Of a DNA stretch of 64,000 bases, positions 24,908 through 33,844 are shown piece after piece (the first letter of the stretch is position 1; each line of letters opens with the position of its first letter). Under the pieces are notes generated by a model. That model was not told where the DNA came from, ran no database searches, and saw only the letters and a program-made list of their open reading frames with translations. This stretch comes from Deltaproteobacteria bacterium. GTDB lineage: Bacteria > Myxococcota_A > UBA796 > CAJQPC01. The translations under genes were made by a program, and so were the position numbers. The stretch covers positions 4,323-68,322 of the forward strand of contig JADKFE010000026.1 in the NCBI GenBank assembly GCA_016717595.1, read 5' to 3'.

Positions 24908-27055
24908 TCACCCGCCGTCGATCGTCCCGATCACCCCTCGCACCGCCGCGTCGAGGCTCCCCGCCCGGGGCAACACCTCCACACACAGCGCCCGGGCGAG
25001 ATCGGGCTTGTCCTCGTTGTAGGCGTCTACGGCGACGCTGTACATGGCATAAACTGCCGATTGATCGGCGGGATCGAGGGCGAAGGCGCGACGCGCAGCC
25101 CGCGCGCGGTCGTCGATGGGGCGCCCCCCCTCCGCCAAGGCCGCCCAGCATCGCGCGGCCACGCTCGGCAGGCCGGTGCGCTCGGCGAGGCCCGCGGCGT
25201 GGCGCAGGCGGTCGCCGGAGGGGTCAAGCCCGAGGCGATCAGCGCACAGCGCCTGCGCCGCCGTCGCGCGGGCGAGCAGCTCCTCATCCTCAAGGGCCCC
25301 GGCCTCGGCGATCACCTCCCCCCAGAACGGCAGGGCCTCCTGGGGCGGCAGGCCCACGGCGATGTTGTACGCCGTCCAGGCCAGCGCGAGGCGGGCCTGG
25401 GTGGCGTAGGTGCTCTCACCGGCGGCCTTCAGCGCCGTGTAGGCCTCGGAGAAGCGCGCGCGCGCCGTGGAGAAGCGGCCCTCGGCGTAGGCGGTGAGGC
25501 CCGCGTCATAGGCGGCGAAGGCGTCATCCAAGGCGCGCTGGTGACCCACGGCGCCGCTGAGCCCGGCGGCGGCGGCCTGCTCGGCGGCCGCTTGGCTGGC
25601 CCCGAGGGCCACCAGGGCCCGGGCGGCGTTGTTCTCGGCGGTCTTCGCGAGGGCTTGGCCTTGGGGGCTCGCCACCCCGCGCCCGAGCTCGGCGGCCCGG
25701 GCGAAGCCCTGGAGCGCGTCATCAAGGCGCCCGGCGCGGGCATAGGCCAGGGCGCACGCGAGCTCTAGATGGGCGGGGCCGAGGGGATCTCCGGCTCGAC
25801 GAAAGTGCTCTAACGCCTCGGCCCGGGCGGACTCCGCCGGAGCCCCACCGGCGACGGTGAGGGCGGCGGCGCGACCCACCGCGGCCCGCGCGGCGTCGGC
25901 GTGGTGGCCTTGGGCGGAGAAGGTCCGCACCGCGTCGCCGTACCGGGCGGCGGCGGTGGCGGTGTCGCCACGGTCCGCGGCGATCGCGCCGTCGAGCTCC
26001 GCGAGGCGCGCTACCCCGCTTGGGTGCTGTAGACCCTCTAGTCGGGCCTTCGCTTTGACCGCCTGCTGCGCGGCGGCGGACCCTTGACCTTGGCGCACGA
26101 GCAACAAACCCAGCTCAACGCTCGCGTCGGCGGCCAGGGTGAGCAGCCCCGCGGCGGCGGCGGTGTCTTCAGCCTCGGCCATGAGCGTGACGGCGAGATC
26201 CACCCGACCGGCGAGGCTGTGCGCGATGGCCAGGCCCACGAGCGCCTGGGCTGTCGCCACGCCCATGCCGCCCTCACGCGCCTCCGCCAGCGCCCCGGTG
26301 AGCACCTGCGCCGCCGCCTCGGGCTGCCCGACGGCGCGCAGGTACGCCCCTTGGGCCAACGCCCCCTCCACACGATCCCGACGTGTGCCCTTCTTGGCTT
26401 TGAGCGACTCCACTTGACCTTTGGCGCGGCTGAGCTCGCCCCGCGCCAAGGAGTCGGACAGCGCCGTCAGCGCGCTCGCGCCGGTGGGCGGCGCCTGGCC
26501 TTTGAGCTGGGCCAAGGCGGCTTCAGCGTCACGCACCGGCCCTTCAAGGGCGGTGTCCCCGCTCTGGCTGACGTAGGCCCGAGCGGCGGCGACCCCCGAC
26601 TCCGCGGCCTTGAGCTGCCCCCGATCCATCTGCGCCAAGGCGAGGTTCAGCCCGGCCCGGGCGGCGACGGCGGGATCCGCGCTGCGTTTGGCCTGCTCCA
26701 GCCGCTTCATGCCGTCGGCCTGGGCGCCGGACTCCACCAAGATCAGCCCCAAGAGCCCCGCCGCGGTGTCGCCAGAGACGCCGTCGAGGGCCTCGGCCGC
26801 CAAGCGCAGCTCACCCGCCTCATAGAGCGCGACGGCCTGCAGCACCCGCGCCGTTGGGCCTGCGCCACCGTCCGCGAGGGCGTCGTAGAGCCCCGCGGCC
26901 TCCATGAGCCGCCCTCCAGCGAAGGCCTCGGCGGCCTGGGCCAACAGCGCCTCACCGTTGGCGTCGAGGCTCAACCCCTCGGCGCCGGGCGTGACGACGG
27001 CGCCCTCTCCGGCGATGCCGAGCCGCAGGAGGCTCCACAGAAAAAAGAGGCTCAC
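24908..27055 (-). CDS. Large secreted TPR-repeat protein
   Basis: A signal peptide (MSLFFLWSLLRLGIAG) is followed by about 700 aa of Ala/Leu/Gly/Arg-rich helical repeats. The start overlaps the pcp stop (ATGA). Confidence 0.8.
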   Translation of the reverse strand: MSLFFLWSLLRLGIAGEGAVVTPGAEGLSLDANGEALLAQAAEAFAGGRLMEAAGLYDALADGGAGPTARVLQAVALYEAGELRLAAEALDGVSGDTAAGLLGLILVESGAQADGMKRLEQAKRSADPAVAARAGLNLALAQMDRGQLKAAESGVAAARAYVSQSGDTALEGPVRDAEAALAQLKGQAPPTGASALTALSDSLARGELSRAKGQVESLKAKKGTRRDRVEGALAQGAYLRAVGQPEAAAQVLTGALAEAREGGMGVATAQALVGLAIAHSLAGRVDLAVTLMAEAEDTAAAAGLLTLAADASVELGLLLVRQGQGSAAAQQAVKAKARLEGLQHPSGVARLAELDGAIAADRGDTATAAARYGDAVRTFSAQGHHADAARAAVGRAAALTVAGGAPAESARAEALEHFRRAGDPLGPAHLELACALAYARAGRLDDALQGFARAAELGRGVASPQGQALAKTAENNAARALVALGASQAAAEQAAAAGLSGAVGHQRALDDAFAAYDAGLTAYAEGRFSTARARFSEAYTALKAAGESTYATQARLALAWTAYNIAVGLPPQEALPFWGEVIAEAGALEDEELLARATAAQALCADRLGLDPSGDRLRHAAGLAERTGLPSVAARCWAALAEGGRPIDDRARAARRAFALDPADQSAVYAMYSVAVDAYNEDKPDLARALCVEVLPRAGSLDAAVRGVIGTIDGG

Positions 27056-27588
27056 TCCCCTGCCCTCGCCGTGACCAGCCTCGCCAACCCCGCCAAGAGC
27101 TGACCCTCTGGCATGCCCTGGTCGGGCACATGGACAAACCCGACGGGCACCCCGGGCAGCCCCCGCGTCACGGCGTAGAGCCAGGCGTTGCAGACATAGG
27201 CCCCGGCGTCGTCGGAGACGCCCGCGCCGAGGGCCTCCGCGAGGGCCTCAACGTCTAAGGTGGCGCGAACCTCGGCGGGCCCCCCTTTGACCGGCGCCGG
27301 TCGGCGACCACAGACATCGGGCGTGGCGCTCGCCGCCGGGCGACGCCCGATGCGCTCCACCATCACCCGTTTGCGGCCCCGGGCGACGCCCAACCCCACC
27401 ACGAGCGACGGGCGCAGTCTCTGGGCGAGGGCCAAGGTGAGCGCGGGCGCCTCGTCGTAGGTCACGGGTAGGAGCTCACCATGAACGCTGTGCCCAGCGA
27501 CGCGGGCGCCATCGAGTCTACGCGCCAGCCGACCCGACGGGTTCTCCTCGACGTCAAGAAACGGCCCAAAGCCGGTGACCAAGATCAT
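27052..27588 (-). CDS. pcp: Pyroglutamyl-peptidase I (peptidase C15)
   Basis: The protein contains MILVTGFGPF...ENPSG, the catalytic Cys context DDAGAYVCNAWLY, and VGFVHVP. Confidence 0.9.
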   Translation of the reverse strand: MILVTGFGPFLDVEENPSGRLARRLDGARVAGHSVHGELLPVTYDEAPALTLALAQRLRPSLVVGLGVARGRKRVMVERIGRRPAASATPDVCGRRPAPVKGGPAEVRATLDVEALAEALGAGVSDDAGAYVCNAWLYAVTRGLPGVPVGFVHVPDQGMPEGQLLAGLARLVTARAGE

Positions 27589-27642
27589 AAACGCTCGTGG
27601 GTCTCGGGGTTCACGAAGGGAGATCGAGGCCCACGCGGCTTG

Positions 27643-28548
27643 TCAGGTGGGCTCGGCCACACGCACGAGCAGCTCCCGGGCGTGAACGACAGGATAGCTG
27701 CGCATCGTCACGACCACCCCGGCGCGGTCGGCCCGCACCTCTTCGACGAGGCTGCCGCCGACCACCTCGTTGATCGTGCCCAGGAGGTGCCCCGCGGCCA
27801 CACGGTCTCCAACGGCCACCTCAGGCACCCAGAAGCCCCCGAAGGAGCTGTAGTGGTACGCGACGCCGCGCCGGGTGGCGTCGACGAGGATCTTCCCGGG
27901 CTCCATCCCGAAGCGCAGCACGCCGACCTCGGTGAGCAGCCGCAAGAGCCCGTCGGCGATCTGCCGCGACCGCGCGAGGTCCAAGGTCGCGCCGCGACCG
28001 CCGACGACATGCAGCGCCGCGACGCCGCGCTCACGCCACGCGCCGACGAGGCCCGTGGCCTCAAGACGATCGCCCTCACGACGCCACACCATCGGCAAGC
28101 CCATCGCCCGCGCCAGGCCGACCTCCCGCCCGGTGAGCGGCACCCGCGCCTGGCAGATCTCGTCCACCAAGGGTGAGCCGGAGTGTACGTCTACACACAC
28201 CTCGGCCTGGGTGGCCTCCAAGAGCGCGAACGCGATGCGCTGCACCGCGGAGCCTTGGGGATCGCCCGGGAAGGCCTGGTTGATGTCGTTGTCGTCGATG
28301 GGCCAACGTTTGGTGCCCTGGTCGAGGCCGAAGGTGTTCACCACGGGGATCAACGTCACCGTGCCGTTGAGCCGCGCCATCCGCAGGGCCGAGGCGACGA
28401 GGTTGAGCGCGTGGACCCCGTTCAGCTCGTTTCCGTGGAGCCCAGCGACGATGGCCACCGTCGGCCCACCCGACCCGAACTCTAGGGCCCGGAGCGTGTA
28501 CGGCTCACGATAGGGTGCGCTGAGCTGGTAGACGACCCGGTCTCTCAC
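27643..28548 (-). CDS. Succinylglutamate desuccinylase/aspartoacylase (AstE/AspA) family zinc deacylase, canonical paralogue
   Basis: The zinc ligands are present (AIVAGLHGNELNG and VCVDVHSGSP). The start is set at GTG 28548, which overlaps the upstream stop (GTGA) and is preceded by AGGAGAG. Confidence 0.85.
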   Translation of the reverse strand: MRDRVVYQLSAPYREPYTLRALEFGSGGPTVAIVAGLHGNELNGVHALNLVASALRMARLNGTVTLIPVVNTFGLDQGTKRWPIDDNDINQAFPGDPQGSAVQRIAFALLEATQAEVCVDVHSGSPLVDEICQARVPLTGREVGLARAMGLPMVWRREGDRLEATGLVGAWRERGVAALHVVGGRGATLDLARSRQIADGLLRLLTEVGVLRFGMEPGKILVDATRRGVAYHYSSFGGFWVPEVAVGDRVAAGHLLGTINEVVGGSLVEEVRADRAGVVVTMRSYPVVHARELLVRVAEPT

Positions 28549-29489
28549 GCGCTCTCCTGGGTCGCGGTGACCACGACGCGCGCTAGCATACTGCCCGGCA
28601 GAACGACGGGCTGCTCCCGCATCGCCAGTATACGCCCGCTCGCCGGGGCACGAATCGTCTCGATCGGCTCGCCCGCGGTGGCCTCGATGATCTCCCCGAT
28701 TACGTCCCCAGCCTCGACCTCGTCCCACACCCCGCGCGAAGGCAGAAACAGGCCTCCAGCGACCGCCCGCACACGATGAACACGGTCGTCGCCGACCATC
28801 AACGGCCGGGTGATCGTCGCCCAATGAAACGGGAGGATCGCGTCGGGCAGAACGCCCAGGACGTTGAGCACGTTGAGCACCCCCTCGGTGAGCGCCACGC
28901 CGACCTTGGGCTGTAGGCGGTTTCCGGTGCCGCCCTCCAAGACGAGGGTGTTGGGGTGCTGCCAGGCGAAGGTGGAGCCGGCGGCGGGGCCGGGCTGCCG
29001 CGCCCAGACCACGTTCACGTTCGCGTGGCGCGCGAGGTCAGCGGCTTGGGTGTCCCGGGCGCGCACATGGGCCTGGGGAGCCTCTGAGAAGGCGGGGTTC
29101 GCCCCACGCAGCTCGATCACCTGCGCCGCGTCGCGCACCTCCTCGGTGAGCGTGTACGCCACCCGATCCGGGGCGTGGCCCTCTAAACGCCCTGGGAAGC
29201 AGCGGTTCAGGTCTTGGCTAAAGAACGGCCAATACCGCTCGCCGCGGTGCGCGGCCAAGGGGTTCACGCAGGGGTAGATGTCTACGGTGCCCCGGAGCGC
29301 GTCGTGGTGCTGCTCCAGGAGTGACGCGACCTTATGCGCGACACGGACCCCTTCTGGGGTGTCTCCACGGATGCCAGCGACGATCGCGACCCGAGGCCCC
29401 GGCGCCCCGACGAAGCGGCGGCGGACGATGTGGACGGCGTCGCCGGTTGGCATCCCGGCGGAGAAGATGACATCACGTTGTGCGCTCAC
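28545..29489 (-). CDS. AstE/AspA-family paralogue with degenerate metal-binding residues
   Basis: The fold signature matches the neighbour, but the HGNE motif reads AIVAGIRGDTPEG and the second His position reads VIELRGANP. Confidence 0.8.
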   Translation of the reverse strand: MSAQRDVIFSAGMPTGDAVHIVRRRFVGAPGPRVAIVAGIRGDTPEGVRVAHKVASLLEQHHDALRGTVDIYPCVNPLAAHRGERYWPFFSQDLNRCFPGRLEGHAPDRVAYTLTEEVRDAAQVIELRGANPAFSEAPQAHVRARDTQAADLARHANVNVVWARQPGPAAGSTFAWQHPNTLVLEGGTGNRLQPKVGVALTEGVLNVLNVLGVLPDAILPFHWATITRPLMVGDDRVHRVRAVAGGLFLPSRGVWDEVEAGDVIGEIIEATAGEPIETIRAPASGRILAMREQPVVLPGSMLARVVVTATQESA

Positions 29490-29574
29490 CCGAGCACTTT
29501 AACCTAGCTTGAGATCAAGGTGAAAGGGACTCACGCCCGCGAGCGTATGCTGAGACCAATGCATTGGAGGTCGA

Positions 29575-31284
29575 ATGCGACGTCTGCTCCTTCCCCTCGT
29601 GACGATCGGCCTCGGCGCCCTGGTCTTCAAGCTCGCCGCCACCCCCTCGGCCCAAGACGACGGCACCGTCGGGGACGCGGTCTCGGCGGTTGGCCCCGGC
29701 GTCCTGGTGCTGGACCTCCAAGATCACGCCACCGAGGCCGACATCGCCGCCTTAGAGGCCCGCTTGGGCGGCGTCGATCTCGAGTGGAGCTCGGCGGTCT
29801 CTGAAGATGAGGGCCTCGTTCGGGCGACTGTGGACGACCTCGGCGCCCTCGTCAGCCTCGCCGGGCGCGACCCCCTCGTTGAGCTCGCCGAGGCCGAGGT
29901 CACCCTGACGGCCCTTGAGCACCCGAACGATCCGCTGTGGGAGAAGCAGTGGAACCTGCGCCAGATCGGGGTGCATCGCGGCTGGCGCGTCGGCGCCGGC
30001 GCCGGGGTGACCGTCGCGGTCATCGACACCGGCGTGAGCGCGGTTGAGGATCTCGAAGGCGCGACGATCCTCTCCGGCCGCTCGTTTGTGCCTGGGGTCA
30101 GCTCCGCTGAGGACGACCACGGCCACGGCACCCACGTCGCCGGGACGATCGCCCAGGTCACCAACAACGGCGTCGGCGTCGCTGGCGTCGCCCCCGGCGT
30201 CACCATCCTGCCGCTCAAGACCCTCTCCGCCCGCGGCTCGGGCTCATCGGATCACATCGCCGCGGCGATCGACGAGGCGGTGGATCAGGGCGCCCACGTC
30301 ATCAACCTCAGCCTCGGCGGCGGCTACTCGGAGATCATCCACAAGGCCGTGATCGCCGCCCGCGACGAGGGGGTGCTCGTCTTCGCCGCCGCAGGCAACG
30401 ACGGCCGCCGCAGCGTCTCGTTCCCCGGCGCGCTCCCCGAGGCCCTCGGCGTCGGCGCCGTCGGCCCGGATGATGTGCGCTCGTTCTACTCAAACTTCGG
30501 GCCCGGCGTTGACCTCGCCGCGCCTGGCGGGAACACCAAGCTCGGCGAAGAGGCTGGGGTGCTGCAAGACACCCTCGACGGCAACGGGGGGCACGCCTAC
30601 CGGTTCTTCCAGGGCACGTCGATGGCCACGCCCCACGCCGCGGGGGCGGCCGCGGTGCTGCTCGGCATGGGGCTCAGCCCCGAGGAGACGACGGCGACGA
30701 TCCTCGGCACGTCGGTGGATCTCGGCGCGAAGGGCTTTGATGAGGAGTACGGCCACGGTCGGCTGAGCCTCGACGCCGCGGTCACCCGCGTGCTCACCCG
30801 CTCAAACGCGCTGTCCTTCGCTGTCGCGGGGCTGATGGCGCTCGTGTTGGCCCGCGGCGCGCGGTCGCCCTGGGGCTCGGCGCTGGGGGTTGGTCTCGTC
30901 GCGGGCGCGGTCTCCGGCGGCCTCTTCTTCTTGCCGATGCTGCCCGCGCCGCCGTCCTTCGCCGTGACCTTGCTGAGCCGAGAGCTGCTGCTCTGGCCGA
31001 GCGTGCTCGACGTCCGCTACGCGCACAACCCGCTGTGGGCCAGCGCGATCTTCCCCGCGCTCTTGGCCTTCACCTTCGGGCCCACCCGGGCCTTCGGGGG
31101 CCTCGCCGCGGGCCTCTGCGTCGGATTCGGCGCGTCTCTGCTTCAGCTCGCGGCCTCTGGCGCCTCGTTGAGCCTCCTCGGCGGCGTGCTCTCCGGCGCC
31201 TGGCTGTGGACGAACGGGGTGCTGTGCCTGCTCACGGCGATGGCGGTGCTCGGCCTGCAGCGCTCGCTCCGGGCGAGCGCCTGA
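29575..31284 (+). CDS. S8 (subtilisin-like) serine peptidase fused to a C-terminal polytopic membrane domain
   Basis: The Asp/His/Ser triad is present (VAVIDTGV, HGTHVAGTIA, GTSMATPHAAGAAA). The last roughly 165 aa contain about 5-6 hydrophobic helices. GGAGG precedes ATG 29575. Confidence 0.9.
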   Translation: MRRLLLPLVTIGLGALVFKLAATPSAQDDGTVGDAVSAVGPGVLVLDLQDHATEADIAALEARLGGVDLEWSSAVSEDEGLVRATVDDLGALVSLAGRDPLVELAEAEVTLTALEHPNDPLWEKQWNLRQIGVHRGWRVGAGAGVTVAVIDTGVSAVEDLEGATILSGRSFVPGVSSAEDDHGHGTHVAGTIAQVTNNGVGVAGVAPGVTILPLKTLSARGSGSSDHIAAAIDEAVDQGAHVINLSLGGGYSEIIHKAVIAARDEGVLVFAAAGNDGRRSVSFPGALPEALGVGAVGPDDVRSFYSNFGPGVDLAAPGGNTKLGEEAGVLQDTLDGNGGHAYRFFQGTSMATPHAAGAAAVLLGMGLSPEETTATILGTSVDLGAKGFDEEYGHGRLSLDAAVTRVLTRSNALSFAVAGLMALVLARGARSPWGSALGVGLVAGAVSGGLFFLPMLPAPPSFAVTLLSRELLLWPSVLDVRYAHNPLWASAIFPALLAFTFGPTRAFGGLAAGLCVGFGASLLQLAASGASLSLLGGVLSGAWLWTNGVLCLLTAMAVLGLQRSLRASA

Positions 31285-31291
31285 GGCCGAC

Positions 31292-32725
31292 TCAGGGGAT
31301 GCTGATCGTGTAGGTCTCGTCCAAGTACACGCTCGGCCAGGGGCCGCCGTAGGTGCCGTCGTAGCAGGCGTCTTCAGCGCAGGCGGACCGGCAGATGGCG
31401 TCGTTGAGCGGCTGCTGGGCCGAGGTGCCGAAGTGGATGACCAAGGCGTCGAGGTACAGCGCGCAGGCGTTCACGTCGTTGGCGACGATGCGCACCGTTG
31501 AGCCTACGCGGGCGTCAAACTCGACGGGCGCGTGGTGGTCTTGGGTGCGGTTTGTGTCTTGAAACACCAGCTCGCCATCGACATAGACGCTCACGTCGTC
31601 GTCGATAGACCAGTAGTCGAAGATCGAGCCGCCGCCGGAGAGCGTGTACTGCAGAGGCTCGTCCTCTGGCCACACGACGACGTCTACGCTGTCATCGCTG
31701 GAGTTGCCCTGGCCGTCTACGGCGCGCAGGGTGACGGTGACCTCCCCGGCGGGGAGCTTGTCCGTGGTGAGGCTGAGCGCGCCGTTTGAGTCCGCGGCGG
31801 AGCTGCCGATGAGCTTGCCGTTGGCGTACCAGGCGCAGAGCAGATCCTCCGGGGCGTCGGCGTCGTCGGAGACCGCGCCCTTGAGCGTCGTGGTGGCGCC
31901 CTCGATGAGGTAGTTGCCCCAGTCCGGCGTGGTGATCTCAACACGCGGAGGCTCATCGCCGCCGCCGGTCATGTTGCCGTAGAGCGCCACGGGCAGGTTG
32001 GGCTCGTTCGGGTCGTTTGAGCGCACGAGCAGCTCACCCGGCCAAGCGTCGGCGGTGGTTGGCGTGAAGCTCACATCAAAAGAGAAGGCCTCCCCGGGCG
32101 AGAGCTTGTACGGCAGGGTGACGTGCTCCGGCAAGGTGAGGGTGTAGACCTCACCGAGGCCTTCGCCGAGGCTGAGATCGTCTACCCGCAGGCGGCCTTG
32201 GCCTCGGGCGGCGACGTCTACAGTCAGGGTGACCGTCTCGCCGATGGGCACCGTGCCGAACCAGAGCTGCTCAGGATCGACGTCAATGCGGGGCTCGACG
32301 CCGTAGCCGACCAAGGACACCGTCGCCATGGGCCGGTTGGGATCGTTCGAGGTGATCTCAAGCTCGCCGAGATCCTGGCCCACCTCCGCCGGGGCGTACC
32401 GCAGGGAGATCTCGGCCTCCTCGTTGGGCTCGATCCCCGCGCTGTCACCGCTCATCACGGCGAACTCGGCGGAGCTGCCTTCAGTGAGCGCCACACGCTC
32501 AAGCTTGAGCGGCGCGCGGCCCTCGTTCTTGGCGAAGAACGTCAGCGTGAGCTGGGTGCCCCGCACGACCTCGTCGAAGTCCAGGGCGTCCGCGGAGAGC
32601 GTCAGCTCAGGTTCTTCAGCGGTGACCTTGTACTCGGAGCAGCCCAGGCCAAGCCCGATGAGGAGCGTTGGGGCGAGCCGCGGCAGCGACGCCGACGGCG
32701 CGCTAAAGGGGGGCGTGAGCGCCAA
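31292..32725 (-). CDS. Secreted lipoprotein with repeated Ig-like (choice-of-anchor-D/ASH-like) domains
   Basis: The protein has a lipobox (LLIGLGLGCSEY). Repeats have the form LxFGxVxxGxxxxxxxxxxNxGxxxLxV (for example LDFDEVVRGTQLTLTFFAKNEGRAPLKLERV). The start is TTG at 32725. Confidence 0.75.
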   Translation of the reverse strand: MALTPPFSAPSASLPRLAPTLLIGLGLGCSEYKVTAEEPELTLSADALDFDEVVRGTQLTLTFFAKNEGRAPLKLERVALTEGSSAEFAVMSGDSAGIEPNEEAEISLRYAPAEVGQDLGELEITSNDPNRPMATVSLVGYGVEPRIDVDPEQLWFGTVPIGETVTLTVDVAARGQGRLRVDDLSLGEGLGEVYTLTLPEHVTLPYKLSPGEAFSFDVSFTPTTADAWPGELLVRSNDPNEPNLPVALYGNMTGGGDEPPRVEITTPDWGNYLIEGATTTLKGAVSDDADAPEDLLCAWYANGKLIGSSAADSNGALSLTTDKLPAGEVTVTLRAVDGQGNSSDDSVDVVVWPEDEPLQYTLSGGGSIFDYWSIDDDVSVYVDGELVFQDTNRTQDHHAPVEFDARVGSTVRIVANDVNACALYLDALVIHFGTSAQQPLNDAICRSACAEDACYDGTYGGPWPSVYLDETYTISIP

Positions 32726-32773
32726 TGCTCCTCCAATGAATCATCCCGGTCCGAGCCCCGAAGAGGAGTCACT

Positions 32774-33823
32774 TTGCCCCCGAGCCTGAGCGATGTCAAG
32801 CGCCGCGTGCTGCCAATCGCCGCGTCTGAGGCCCATCGTGCCGAGCTGGCCCTGGCCGCCCGCGCCTGGTACGGCGACGAAGAACCGGGCGAAGACTGGC
32901 TCAACTTCTTGGAGTTCTTCGCTTTTGAGTGGCTCGACTTCGACGGGCTCACCCTGGTCGAGCGCTCGCTGGGGCTGCCGCTGCCCGCCGAGGCGCAGCG
33001 TTGGCTCACCCGCCTTCGCCACGGCGTGTTCGTGATCGACGACTGGGCCGACGGCGTCGCCCAGGCTCGGGACACCCTGAGCGAAGACACGCTGGAGCTG
33101 CTCATCGACGAGCCGCTGCCCGCGCGCTCTGTGCTCTGCGGGCGGCTGATCCCCGTCGCGCCGGGCCGGTACCTGCCCTCTGGCGAGCCCGACCTCTACG
33201 ACCCGCTCAGCGCCCTGAGCCGCATGGAGCTCAGCCGCCGCTGGGCGATGAGCCCGCGGAAGGTCCACATCGACCACCTCACCGGCCTGCGCCGCGCCTT
33301 CGCCGTGCAGCGTGAGCAGCGCGCGGCGTTCATCGCGCATTTTGGCGCCGATGAGCTGCTCTTTGAGGACACCAAACAGCTCAGCGACGCGATCAGCGGC
33401 CTCCTCTCTCACCTGCTCCACGAGCACCGCCCGGTCTCGTTGGAGGGCCGCACCTTGGCCGAGACCCTCCGAGAGCAAGGCGGCCTCGATCTGCCCCTGG
33501 TCGCCGCCACCGTCGGCGAGACCTTAACGGGCGCCCCCAGCGTCGGCGTCATCTTTGATGAGCGCGACGGGATCAGCTTCTTGCCCGGATGGAGAGAGTT
33601 CTTGCTCTACATGAATAGTGCGTCAGAAGACTCTAATTTTGTTGAGTTTTATCTACGATCTAAAGAATACGGCGATCTGCCGTTTCGCCGAGGCGCGACC
33701 CCCGCTCGCCTGGCGAAGCACCTCGGCGTGCCCGAGGCGCCCCTCGCGGAGCTGCTCGCGCCGCTCAAGCTCACCCGGCGCGCGTCGCCGAGCGTGCTGC
33801 CGGGCTTTGAGGACTGGGGCTGA
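32774..33823 (+). CDS. Hypothetical protein (about 349 aa)
   Basis: The start is set at TTG 32774, with AAGAGGAG at 32761-32768. The earlier 217 codons of the track ORF are antisense to the gene at 31292-32725. The composition is non-repetitive and I recognise no family. Confidence 0.6.
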   Translation: MPPSLSDVKRRVLPIAASEAHRAELALAARAWYGDEEPGEDWLNFLEFFAFEWLDFDGLTLVERSLGLPLPAEAQRWLTRLRHGVFVIDDWADGVAQARDTLSEDTLELLIDEPLPARSVLCGRLIPVAPGRYLPSGEPDLYDPLSALSRMELSRRWAMSPRKVHIDHLTGLRRAFAVQREQRAAFIAHFGADELLFEDTKQLSDAISGLLSHLLHEHRPVSLEGRTLAETLREQGGLDLPLVAATVGETLTGAPSVGVIFDERDGISFLPGWREFLLYMNSASEDSNFVEFYLRSKEYGDLPFRRGATPARLAKHLGVPEAPLAELLAPLKLTRRASPSVLPGFEDWG

Positions 33824-33844
33824 GCGCGGCCTGGGTGGGGCCCC

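Noticed and set aside
32123-32773. 5' 217 codons of the 566-aa plus-strand ORF
   Set aside because: They are antisense to the well-supported Ig-repeat lipoprotein gene (31292-32725). A TTG with a strong Shine-Dalgarno at 32774 gives a clean divergent arrangement.
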